From contig JAUJMG010000004.1 of the NCBI GenBank assembly GCA_030446955.1, positions 1,393 through 37,412 of the forward strand: a stretch of DNA of 36,020 nucleotides, written 5' to 3'. Source of the DNA: Thermomicrobiales bacterium. Its GTDB lineage: Bacteria > Chloroflexota > Chloroflexia > Thermomicrobiales > UBA6265. A model generated the notes under the pieces. It had not been told where the DNA came from and made no database searches. It worked only from the letters and a program-made list of their open reading frames with translations. The first letter of the stretch is position 1. The number at the start of each line of letters is the position of its first letter. The translations under genes and the position numbers were made by a program. Positions 26,787 to 34,991 of the stretch are shown here, in pieces.

Positions 26787-27850
26787 GCCGTCCGCCCCGC
26801 CGCCAGCCCCAGCCGCTCCCGACCGTAGGCGCCGCCGAGCACCGTCTCCGCCCAGGTCCGGTGCTCCGCGTACCAGGCCACCGTCTTCCGCAGGCCCGAA
26901 GCAAAGGTCTCCGCCGGCCGCCAGCCCAGCTCCCGCCCGACCTTGCTCGCGTCGATCGCGTAGCGCAGGTCGTGGCCCGGCCGATCGGCCACGAACGCGA
27001 TCAGGTTCGCGTGGGGGACGTGGGGGGAGTCCGGCACCAGCTCGTCCAGGATGGCGCAGATGGCGCGCACCACCGCCAGGTTGGTCTGCTCGTTGTGCCC
27101 GCCCACGTTGTAGGTCTCGCCGGGGCGGCCTCTCTCCAACACGGTTCGCAGCGCGCGGGCATGGTCCTCCACGTAGAGCCAGTCGCGCACGTTGTCGCCG
27201 CGCCCATAGATCGGCAACGGCTCCCCCGCCAGGGCGTTGCCGATGGTCAGCGGAATTAGCTTCTCGGGGTACTGGTACGGCCCATAGTTGTTGGAGCAGT
27301 TGGTGATCAGCGCCGGCAGGCCGTAGGTGTGGTGCCAGGCCCGGACCAGGTGGTCAGAGCCCGCCTTGGTCGCCGCGTAGGGGGAGTTCGGCCGGTACGG
27401 CGTCTCCTCGGTGAAGAACCCCTCAGCCCCCAAACTCCCGTAGACCTCGTCCGTCGAGACGTGCAGGAAGCGGAACGCGCCCCACGCCTCGGCTGGGACC
27501 CCCGCTCGGTAGGCCTGGGCCGCCTCCAGCAACGCGAACGTGCCGACGATGTTGGTGGAGACGAACGCGGCCGGCCCGTCGATGGAGCGGTCGACGTGCG
27601 ACTCGGCCGCCAGGTGCATCACCGCCGTCGGCTTGAACCAGTCGAAGGCGTGCCGAACCGCCCCAGCATCGCAGATGTCGGCCTCGACGAAGTGGTAGCG
27701 GGGGTTGCCGGCGACCTCGGCGACCGAGGCCAGGTTGCCGGCGTAGGTCAGCTTGTCAAGGTTGAGCACCTCGGCGTCCGTCTCGCGGAGGAGGTGGCGC
27801 ACAACGGCCGAGCCGATGAACCCCGCGCCCCCCGTCACGACGATCCGCAT
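26783..27850 (-). CDS. rfbB: dTDP-glucose 4,6-dehydratase
   Basis: '[21 protein letters not shown] ... LDKLTYAGN ... [11 protein letters not shown] ... STDEVYG ... [11 protein letters not shown]'. ATG 27850 is preceded by GGAGGG. Confidence 0.93.
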   Translation of the reverse strand: MRIVVTGGAGFIGSAVVRHLLRETDAEVLNLDKLTYAGNLASVAEVAGNPRYHFVEADICDAGAVRHAFDWFKPTAVMHLAAESHVDRSIDGPAAFVSTNIVGTFALLEAAQAYRAGVPAEAWGAFRFLHVSTDEVYGSLGAEGFFTEETPYRPNSPYAATKAGSDHLVRAWHHTYGLPALITNCSNNYGPYQYPEKLIPLTIGNALAGEPLPIYGRGDNVRDWLYVEDHARALRTVLERGRPGETYNVGGHNEQTNLAVVRAICAILDELVPDSPHVPHANLIAFVADRPGHDLRYAIDASKVGRELGWRPAETFASGLRKTVAWYAEHRTWAETVLGGAYGRERLGLAAGRTA

Positions 27851-27919
27851 CACACCCTCCCCGCTGCCCGGCCGGCCGCGATCAGTCTCTGCTCCCGGCC
27901 CGCGCCCCGCTGCCATCCG

Positions 27920-28927
27920 TCAGACCCCGTGGTAGTTTCGATACCAGGCCACGAACCGCGCCACCCCTTCCTCAATCGACGTTGAGGGGGCAAAGCCCAT
28001 CTCGCGGCAGAGGTCCGCCACGTCCGCAAATGTCACCGGGACATCACCCGGCTGGGGCGGGCACAAGCGCGTCTCCGCCCGCCTGCCGAGGCATGCTTCC
28101 AGCACCCCGACGAAGCGGCGCAGTTCCACCGGTTCGCCGCGACCGATGTTGTAGAGCCGGTACGGAGCGCTGCTGACGCCCGGATCGGGCGCATCTCCGC
28201 TCCAGGCAGGGTCCGGCGCCGGGGGGTGGTCCAGCACCCGCAGCACTCCCTCCACCGCGTCGTCGACGTAGGTGAAGTCACGCTGGGCCTGCCCGTGGTG
28301 AAACAGCTCAATCGGACGCCCTGCCAGGATCGCCTCCGTGAACAGGAAGTAGGCCATATCCGGCCTGCCCCAAGGCCCGTAAACGGTGAAGAATCGCAGC
28401 CCGGTTACCGGCAGCCCGTAGAGATGGCTGTAGGTGTGGGCCATCAGCTCGTTCGCCTTCTTCGTCGCCGCGTAGAAGCTCACCGGGTGATCCACGTTGT
28501 CATGGACCGAGAACGGCACCTTGGTATTCGCGCCATAGACGGAGGAGGAGGAGGCGAAGACGAGGTGGCTCACCGCGGCGTGGCGGCACCCCTCCAGCAC
28601 GTTGCCGAACCCGACCAGATTGGCGTCCACGTAGGCGCCCGGGTCCTCCACCGAGTGCCGCACCCCCGCCTGCGCCGCCAGGTGGACCACCGCCTCCGGC
28701 CGCTCCACCGCGAAGAGATCTGCCACCGCCTCCCGGGCGGCCACGTCTAGGCGGCAGAACCGGAACCCCGGGCAGCCTTCAAGGCGCCCCAGACGGGCCT
28801 CCTTCAGCCGAGGGTCGTAGGACCCGTTCAGGTTGTCGAGCCCGATCACCTCGTCGCCCCGCTCCAGCAGGCGGGCCGTGACGAACGAGCCGATGAACCC
28901 GGCGGCGCCGGTGACCAGGACCCGCAT
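27920..28927 (-). CDS. NAD-dependent epimerase, UDP-glucuronate 4-epimerase-like
   Basis: '[16 protein letters not shown] ... GLDNLNGSYDPRLKEARL ... SSSSVYG ... YAATKKANELMAHTYSHLYGL ... LQ/PQPGDV' resembles Cap1J/Gla-type UDP-GlcA epimerases. It lies directly downstream of ugd with a 1-nt overlap. Confidence 0.8.
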   Translation of the reverse strand: MRVLVTGAAGFIGSFVTARLLERGDEVIGLDNLNGSYDPRLKEARLGRLEGCPGFRFCRLDVAAREAVADLFAVERPEAVVHLAAQAGVRHSVEDPGAYVDANLVGFGNVLEGCRHAAVSHLVFASSSSVYGANTKVPFSVHDNVDHPVSFYAATKKANELMAHTYSHLYGLPVTGLRFFTVYGPWGRPDMAYFLFTEAILAGRPIELFHHGQAQRDFTYVDDAVEGVLRVLDHPPAPDPAWSGDAPDPGVSSAPYRLYNIGRGEPVELRRFVGVLEACLGRRAETRLCPPQPGDVPVTFADVADLCREMGFAPSTSIEEGVARFVAWYRNYHGV

Positions 28928-30288
28928 CAGGTGCCGCCAACCCCGGGCGCCGTCCCGTCACGACCCGTCCCCAGGCCGATCCCGTGGTAGGAAATCCCCT
29001 CCGACGCCAGGCGCACCGGGTCGTAGAGATTGCGCCCGTCGAAGACGATCGGCCGCTTGAGCTTGGCCTTGATCGCCCCGAAGTCCGGGCTCCGGAAGAC
29101 CCGCCACTCCGTCACGATGATCAGCGCGTCCGCGTCCTCCAGCGCTTCCTCAGGATTCTCGTAGAGACGCAGATCCGGGCGCTCGCCGTATAGGCGGCGC
29201 GCCTCGTTCATCGCCTCCGGGTCGTGTGCCTGCACCGTCGCCCCGGCCGCCCAGAGCGCCTCCATCAGGGGCCGGCTGGGCGCCTCCCGCATGTCGTCCG
29301 TGTTGGGTTTGAAGGCCAGCCCCCAGAGCGCGAAGACGCGGCCGCGCAGGTCGTCGCCGAAGTGGCGGCGGATCTTGCCCGGCAGCACGAGTTTCTGCCG
29401 CTCGTTGACCGCCTCCACCGCCCGCAGCAGTTCCGCGTCGTAGCCCACCTCGACGGCGGTCCGCTCCAGCGCCCGCACGTCCTTCGGAAAGCAGGATCCC
29501 CCGTAGCCGGCCCCCGGGTAGATGAAGTCGTAGCCGATTCGGGGGTCGGAGCCGATCCCCACCCGGACGTGCTCGATGTCCGCTCCCAGCCGTTCCGCCA
29601 GGTTGGCCAGCTCGTTCATGAAGGAGATCTTGGTCGCCAGCATCGCGTTGGCGGCGTACTTGGTCAGCTCCGCCGAGCGGACATCCATCACCAGCATCCG
29701 GCCGTGGTTCCGATTGAACGGCGCATAGAGTTCCTGGAGGATCTCGATCGCGCGCGGCGACTCTGCCCCGACCACGATTCGATCCGGCTTCATGAAGTCG
29801 TCGATCGCGTCGCCTTCCTTCAGAAACTCGGGGTTGGAGACGACGTCGAAGACCAGGTCGAGGCCGCGGGCGGCCAGCCGTTCGGTCAGGATCGCCCGCA
29901 CCCGGTCCGCCGTCCCGACCGGCACGGTGGACTTGGTGATGACCACCTTCTCTTCCTGCATCGCATCGCCGATGCTGGTCGCCACCGCCTCCACAAAGCG
30001 GATATCTGAGGAGCCGTCCTGGCTTGGCGGGGTCCCAACCGTGATGAAGAGACAGCAGCCGTGGTCCACCGCGTGCTGGACGTCGGTCGTGAAGCAGAGC
30101 CGCCCCGCCCGCGCGTTGCGCTCCACCATCTCCGCCAGCCCCGGCTCGAAGATCGGGATCCCCCCGCCGTTCAGCAGGTCGATCTTCTGGCGGTCCACGT
30201 CCAGGCAGACGACCTCGTTGCCCACGTCCGCCAGGCACGCGCCCGTGACCAGGCCGACGTAGCCTGTGCCGAAGATGGTGACCTTCAC
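28927..30288 (-). CDS. ugd: UDP-glucose 6-dehydrogenase
   Basis: '[31 protein letters not shown]', 'GGSCFPKDV' with the catalytic Cys, 453 aa. GTG start at 30288. Confidence 0.93.
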   Translation of the reverse strand: MKVTIFGTGYVGLVTGACLADVGNEVVCLDVDRQKIDLLNGGGIPIFEPGLAEMVERNARAGRLCFTTDVQHAVDHGCCLFITVGTPPSQDGSSDIRFVEAVATSIGDAMQEEKVVITKSTVPVGTADRVRAILTERLAARGLDLVFDVVSNPEFLKEGDAIDDFMKPDRIVVGAESPRAIEILQELYAPFNRNHGRMLVMDVRSAELTKYAANAMLATKISFMNELANLAERLGADIEHVRVGIGSDPRIGYDFIYPGAGYGGSCFPKDVRALERTAVEVGYDAELLRAVEAVNERQKLVLPGKIRRHFGDDLRGRVFALWGLAFKPNTDDMREAPSRPLMEALWAAGATVQAHDPEAMNEARRLYGERPDLRLYENPEEALEDADALIIVTEWRVFRSPDFGAIKAKLKRPIVFDGRNLYDPVRLASEGISYHGIGLGTGRDGTAPGVGGT

Positions 30289-30462
30289 CCTTGTTCTGCC
30301 TCTCCCGTGGCGTGGGCGCCCGTCCGCGGCCCACTAGCACCAAGCCTGACGATCGTACGGTCGACCGGGTCCGACGGCCATGGGACGATGAGGCCGGATG
30401 TCGTGAGCGTCGCCGCGATCGGATAATGATACAGAGGACCGGCTGCTTCGCGCCCCGGTGTG

Positions 30463-31518
30463 TTAGGCAACCTCCACCTCCGCCCGCGGCTTGATGTTCC
30501 TTCGCCGCTCACCCCGAAGGTCACCCTCCTCGCGCCCGGTCCAGATTGCGAACCCGACCAGCACTGCCGCCACGGCAAGAAGGATCAACGCTTGCGTTGG
30601 CCGCGCTCCACGGGTGTATGCCTCGGCCGCGATCCCGCCCAGCGCGGCTCCCATGGCGTAGAGGATGGCGACGGTCCGATGACTCCAGCCGGCCGTTGTA
30701 AGTCGCTGGTACAGGTGACCGCGGTGCGGGGTGAAGGGGCTTTCTCCAGATCGCAGTCTGCGTAGAAGCGTGAAGGCGGTGTCGAAGAGGAACGGGGCGA
30801 ACAGGAGCAGACCGGGAATAAGCTCCACAGTGCCGTCCATCGGTAGCAGAAACATCCCAGCCAGAGCGAAGCCGATGAACTGGCTCCCGCTGTCTCCCAT
30901 GAAAATGGAGGCGGGATGGCTGTTCCAGGTGAGGAAACCCGCGCTCGCGGCCGCCAGCGCAACCAGAAGCGGCAGGGCGTCCGCCTGGACGAACGGGACC
31001 AATCCGACCGCCGTCACTGTCGCCAGACCGGCCACGATGCCATCGATGCCGTCTATGAAGTTGACCGCGTTGGCCAAGCCACACAACCAGACGACGCCGA
31101 AGAGAGCAGCCAGCGCCCCGGGAAGACGACCAGACCATCCCGGCAGATCCATCTCGACATCCGGACGGACCACGGCGACCAGCACGATCGCCATCATCAA
31201 CTGGACCCCGCATTTCCTGGCCGCCCCCAACGGCCTCAGGTCATCAATCAGGCCCATGGCGAAGAGCACCAGTGCGGTCCCGAGAAGGGCGGCCACCTGG
31301 CGCTGAAAGATGCCATCGACCAACACCACCCCAGCGAGCGTGCCAAGTCCGATGGCCACGCCGCCGAGGCGCGGCACCGGAGCACGATGCGAGCTGCGAG
31401 CGTTGGGGTGATCCAACAGCGCACGGCTGACCGCGAGGTGACGGACGAGCATCGTGCCGCCGGCCGCACACAGGAACCCGAGTAAGATCGGTAAGGACAA
31501 CCTATCGGTCATCGACAA
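30463..31518 (-). CDS. polyprenyl-phosphate HexNAc-1-phosphate transferase (MraY/WecA/WbpL family, GT4 PNPT)
   Basis: 351 aa, polytopic, with 'HPNARSSHRAPVPRLGG', 'GLIDDL', 'NAVNFIDGIDG' and 'FMGDSGSQFIGF', typical of WecA/WbpL initiating transferases. Confidence 0.85.
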   Translation of the reverse strand: MSMTDRLSLPILLGFLCAAGGTMLVRHLAVSRALLDHPNARSSHRAPVPRLGGVAIGLGTLAGVVLVDGIFQRQVAALLGTALVLFAMGLIDDLRPLGAARKCGVQLMMAIVLVAVVRPDVEMDLPGWSGRLPGALAALFGVVWLCGLANAVNFIDGIDGIVAGLATVTAVGLVPFVQADALPLLVALAAASAGFLTWNSHPASIFMGDSGSQFIGFALAGMFLLPMDGTVELIPGLLLFAPFLFDTAFTLLRRLRSGESPFTPHRGHLYQRLTTAGWSHRTVAILYAMGAALGGIAAEAYTRGARPTQALILLAVAAVLVGFAIWTGREEGDLRGERRRNIKPRAEVEVA

Positions 31519-31628
31519 GAAATCCTGCTCGCACGCTCAGCGAAACGGTGGCGCCCAAAGGCGGCCGAGGACAATCTTCGAGTTGGCCGGCCCCGTGTTC
31601 TCCCTCGGCTCGGGAGATCGTTCCGTGT

Positions 31629-33557
31629 TTAAATAGCGACTTCTGCGGCGTCCATCATCGACGGTTGGCCCGGTTCAATCTCACCGGCAGTGATGAGGCG
31701 GAAGAGGAGCGCCCGGATGCCGTCGATGGTGCCCTCCTCGGTCACCCGCTCAAGTTGTTGGAGCGCCCCTGGCATCATCATCGCCACCTTCAAGAGGCAG
31801 CGGGCTGGCTCAACGAGGCGGTGAATCTTCGGGTGGGCCGTCGGCTGAGCCATCTCCGTCACCAGGGCCAGTTCTTCGCGGAGCTTCTCGCCGGGACGTA
31901 GGCTGCTGAAGACGATTTCGATGTCGCGACCGACCCGTAACCCGCGGAGGCGGATCATCCGCTCAGCCAACTCGACGATCGGCACCTCCTCACCCATGTC
32001 CAGCATGTAGATTGCGTCACCGTCCCCGAACGCCCCAGCCTGGATAATGAGATGCGCTGCCTCTGGGATGGTCATGAAAAACCGGCGCATCTCCGGGTGC
32101 GTCACGGTCACCGGCCCGCCGGCGTCGATCTGTCGCTCGAATGTCGGAAGCACGCTGCCGCGACTGCCGAGCACGTTCCCGAACCGGACACAGCACGCGG
32201 AGAGTCCTGTCTCGTGCGCCACGGTCTTCACAGCCAGTTCAGCGACGCGCTTCGTCGCGCCCATCACGCTCGATGGCTGGACGGCCTTATCGGTCGAGAC
32301 CAGGACGAATCGGCTTACCCCTGCGGCAGCCGCCGCGCGAGCCAGGTTGTACGTCCCGATCGCATTGGTCACCACAGCTTCTTCGGGGTGCTCCTCCATC
32401 AGCGGCACATGCTTGTACGCCGCGGCATGGAAGACCACGTCGGGCCGGTAGCGCGCGAAGATGGTCTCCACCCGGCGCACATTCGTCACCGACGCGACGA
32501 CGGGCTGGAAGTCGCGCCCAAGCAGCGGCCTCAGCTCCTGCTGGACATCGAAGAGGCCGCTCTCGTTGATATCGACGGCGATCACCTGAGCCGGGGAGAG
32601 CTGCGCAATCTGGCGCGTTACCTCTTGCCCAATCGAGCCAGCCGCCCCTGTCACCAGGATCCGCATTCCCGCGAGGAACTGTTGACATCGCTCGACGTCT
32701 GGAACAATCGCCGGGCGCCCAAGCACCTCGCCGATCTCGATCCGGCGCAGCATGGCCGGGGTTGCCTCGCCCCGCAGCAGGGCCCCGATGGGAGGCATCG
32801 CCAGCACCCGGGCTGATGACTGCCGCGCGCATTCGGCGATCCGCGTCATTGCCACTCCGGTGGCGGAGGGAATGGCGATCACGACGACCTCGATTTCCTC
32901 CCGCTGCACGATGGCAGGAATCTGTGAGGTCTGCCCAAGCACCGGGAGCCCGGCGACCCGAGTTCCGGCCGGGCGCCAGCGATCGTCCACGAAGGCGACC
33001 GGGTGGAACCCCCAAGATGGGTTGTCGCGCATCTCGTGGACGAGCAGCCGTCCTCCGTTGCCGGCCCCTACGACGAGCGTTCGCTCCTGCTTGAACGCCC
33101 TGGCAGGGTGCTTCGGTTGACGAGGCCGTGTTGGCCAATCCAACCGCCGGCTCAGACCTGCCACCCTGAGGCTGGGTCGGTGTTCCAGCGCGCCACTCGC
33201 CAGCCGCAGCGCGGTTCCGGCAATCCCAGCCAGCCGCGGGCTGCCCCGCGACCCCCACGACGGCGAGGGCACGACAGAGCGAACCAGGGTCTCGGGGGGC
33301 GGTTCCACGTCGAACCTCCAGACCAGGCTTTGCCGCAACCCCTGTGGGCGGGGCCCGGCACGCGGGATTCCACTGTCCACTGTGAGCGTCGCGTCAGCAT
33401 ACGGGGTGCCTCCGAGGACCACATCACCCAAAAGCACTAATTCCGGCAATCGCATTGAGGTGGTGAAAACCTTAAGGGGACAGCCTTCGTCCCAGCCGTA
33501 GGTGAGGCACTCGGTGTCGACACCGACCTTCGGTGCAGTCCCGGCAAAGCCCGACAA
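31629..33557 (-). CDS. CapD/WbpM/PglF-like nucleotide-sugar 4,6-dehydratase (start uncertain; no membrane domain)
   Basis: From about residue 158: 'TLVVGAGNGGRLLVHEMR ... VAFVDDRWRPAGTRVAGLPVLG ... VVIAIPSA' (linker Rossmann domain), then SDR 'ILVTGAAGSIGQEV ... FHAAAYKHVPLME ... STDKAV ... MGATKRVAE'. The first ~130-160 codons of the ORF have no recognisable features. Alternative starts are GTG 33164 and TTG 33143. Confidence 0.8.
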   Translation of the reverse strand: MSGFAGTAPKVGVDTECLTYGWDEGCPLKVFTTSMRLPELVLLGDVVLGGTPYADATLTVDSGIPRAGPRPQGLRQSLVWRFDVEPPPETLVRSVVPSPSWGSRGSPRLAGIAGTALRLASGALEHRPSLRVAGLSRRLDWPTRPRQPKHPARAFKQERTLVVGAGNGGRLLVHEMRDNPSWGFHPVAFVDDRWRPAGTRVAGLPVLGQTSQIPAIVQREEIEVVVIAIPSATGVAMTRIAECARQSSARVLAMPPIGALLRGEATPAMLRRIEIGEVLGRPAIVPDVERCQQFLAGMRILVTGAAGSIGQEVTRQIAQLSPAQVIAVDINESGLFDVQQELRPLLGRDFQPVVASVTNVRRVETIFARYRPDVVFHAAAYKHVPLMEEHPEEAVVTNAIGTYNLARAAAAAGVSRFVLVSTDKAVQPSSVMGATKRVAELAVKTVAHETGLSACCVRFGNVLGSRGSVLPTFERQIDAGGPVTVTHPEMRRFFMTIPEAAHLIIQAGAFGDGDAIYMLDMGEEVPIVELAERMIRLRGLRVGRDIEIVFSSLRPGEKLREELALVTEMAQPTAHPKIHRLVEPARCLLKVAMMMPGALQQLERVTEEGTIDGIRALLFRLITAGEIEPGQPSMMDAAEVAI

Positions 33558-33595
33558 GCCAGCCGACCAACCCCGCGATGTCGCGTTCCCGCCGG

Positions 33596-33887
33596 GGAGG
33601 CCGCCTGGCGCGTGGTATCGTTCCGGTGACCACCCGGCAGTTCACCCCCACGCTGGAAAAGATCCTTGCCTCGTCCCCACCTCAACCAGAAGCTCGTCGT
33701 GGCCGTCGTCTACGTCTCGGCCATGCTCATGAGTTCCCTCGACTCGACGATCGTCAACGTCGCCCTCGCCACCCTCGGCCGCGAGTTCAACGTGACGCCC
33801 GCCTCGATCGAGGCGGTGGTGATCGGCTACCTCGTCAGCCTCGCCGCCTTCATCCCCGCCTCCGGCTGGCTCGGCGACCGCTTCGGC
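33596..33887 (+). repeat. copy A of duplicated MFS leader plus first 69 codons
   Basis: Direct repeat of 34992-35289. The first 27 nt are nearly identical, the middle of the leader has diverged, and the coding part differs at 4 of 192 nt over codons 6-69. Confidence 0.9.
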
Positions 33888-33890
33888 TAA
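33666..33890 (+). pseudogene. truncated 5' fragment of a DHA2 MFS transporter gene (74 codons, TTG start, TAA at the junction)
   Basis: 'NQKLVVAVVYVSAMLMSSLDSTIVNVALATLGREFNVTPASIEAVVIGYLVSLAAFIPASGWLGDRFG' is identical in protein to residues 6-69 of the intact gene at 35083. The ATG is replaced by CTC. Reading stops at TAA 33888-33890, exactly where similarity ends. Confidence 0.8.
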
Positions 33891-33912
33891 CCCGGCACGT
33901 TGTCGCCGCCCC
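33891..33912 (+). repeat. direct repeat R1 flanking the two-gene cassette (left)
   Basis: CCCGGCACGTT (33891-33901) plus GTCGCCGCCCC (33902-33912). Compare R2 at 34570-34603. Confidence 0.6.
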
Positions 33913-33940
33913 TAACCCCGTCCAGGTTCACAGGAAGGTG

Positions 33941-34276
33941 ATGATGCCTGAGGGGACAAAGGAGTTCTTCCGTCCAGTCGGCCCTTCAGGTGACACCCTC
34001 CGTGTCCAAATCACCACTGAGCGAGGCGAGGTCACGGCCTTCGTGATCCAATACGAGGCGTGGATCGAGGGGGCTCATCGTCCAGTGGTACGCTATGACA
34101 CAGCGCATGGCAAGGCGCACCGGGACACGCTGGACTGGAATGGCAACACGATTGATAAGGCATGGGCATGGGACGGTACGGACCTGTCCTATAAAGAAGC
34201 CCTGATGTCGGCGGCCTCGGATCTCATCCAAAACTGGGCCGCCTACCGAGAGGCGTTCCTCAGGAGAAAGCCATGA
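33941..34276 (+). CDS. hypothetical protein (111 aa), first gene of the lower-GC cassette
   Basis: ATGATG at 33941 follows AGGAAGGTG. 'RVQITTERGEVTAFVIQYEAWIEGAHRPVVRYDTAHGKAHRDTLDWNG'. The part of the 247-aa track ORF upstream of 33941 overlaps the MFS fragment out of frame and is Arg-rich nonsense. Confidence 0.65.
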   Translation: MMPEGTKEFFRPVGPSGDTLRVQITTERGEVTAFVIQYEAWIEGAHRPVVRYDTAHGKAHRDTLDWNGNTIDKAWAWDGTDLSYKEALMSAASDLIQNWAAYREAFLRRKP

Positions 34277-34548
34277 GCATCGAGACCGAAGCGCAGGCCA
34301 CGGCGTCGACCAATCTGGAGACTCAAAACATTCGGCTGTCGATGGATTTCCTGATGCAGGTTGGGGACGAGCCGGCGATCCTGGACGGCATCCCAGATGG
34401 GGTGACCCTGATCCTGCTGACAGGCAACGACCCGGCGCTCGACGCAGCGAATGTCGAACTGGGTCTAGCGCAGGTCCGCGCAGGCAAGGATGTGCTGTTC
34501 CGGCTGCTCCCGGCCCCAGCGCGAGCCTTCTCCGCGCTGCCTGCGTAG
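34273..34548 (+). CDS. hypothetical acidic protein (91 aa), second gene of the cassette
   Basis: The ATG overlaps the upstream stop as ATGA (34273-34276). 'NIRLSMDFLMQVGDEPAILDGIPDGVTLILLTGNDPALDAANVELG'. From memory it resembles small proteins annotated DUF5647; this is unverified. Confidence 0.6.
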   Translation: MSIETEAQATASTNLETQNIRLSMDFLMQVGDEPAILDGIPDGVTLILLTGNDPALDAANVELGLAQVRAGKDVLFRLLPAPARAFSALPA

Positions 34549-34569
34549 CGCCGTTCTTCCGTCTATCTC

Positions 34570-34603
34570 CCCGGCACGTTCCCGCCGACCGTCGCCGCGC
34601 CCC
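34570..34603 (+). repeat. direct repeat R2 flanking the two-gene cassette (right)
   Basis: CCCGGCACGTT (34570-34580), a 10-nt insert cccgccgacc, then GTCGCCGCGCCCC (34591-34603). It starts 21 nt after the cassette's second stop codon. Confidence 0.6.
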
Positions 34604-34991
34604 ACGTTCATCGGCACCTGCATCCCTGATCGCTGCGTGACTCGACCCGCGTAGCCGGCGGTCATCTTCTCGCGGCAGACCGCCGTTGGTGGCACTGCAC
34701 CTCCTGGAGGTGGTCGTCGCGGTCTAGGATGGCCACTTGTTTGGAGACCCGCGATCCATCGTTGGTGATCGAGTCGACGCCGGGGAACAGCACGCTCAGC
34801 CGGTCCGCGCGTCGCGCCACCGGCGGGCTCAGTCCACGAACCTATCGGGGCAACGCAGGTGTCGTGTCACCCTGCTACCGGTTTGCGGACCGGTATCGGC
34901 GGTGGTGATCGGCCGCGCCACGTTGTCCATCCCGATGGCAAAGGTCGCGAGCGGGCAGATCACCCACAAGCACGAATCCGAGGCTTCGCGA

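Noticed and set aside
25915-26904. N-terminal 330 codons of the 517-aa track ORF that ends as RmlC
   Set aside because: This part overlaps rmlA in another frame and translates to Gly/Arg/Pro-rich nonsense. RmlC starts at GTG 25914, coupled to the rmlA stop.
29150-30343. 397-aa minus-strand ORF over ugd
   Set aside because: It is an off-frame shadow of the clearly recognisable UDP-glucose 6-dehydrogenase gene, with Arg/Gly-rich composition.
33666-33890. The 74-aa MFS fragment as a normal functional gene
   Set aside because: It covers only the first two helices of a 14-TM transporter, has lost the ATG, and ends at the duplication boundary. It is treated as a truncated copy, although the synonymous-only divergence keeps translation possible (see findings).
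33533-33940. Upstream 136 codons of the 247-aa ORF 33533-34276
   Set aside because: This stretch overlaps the duplicated MFS fragment out of frame and is Arg/Pro-rich. A good RBS plus ATG at 33941 starts the compositionally distinct cassette gene.
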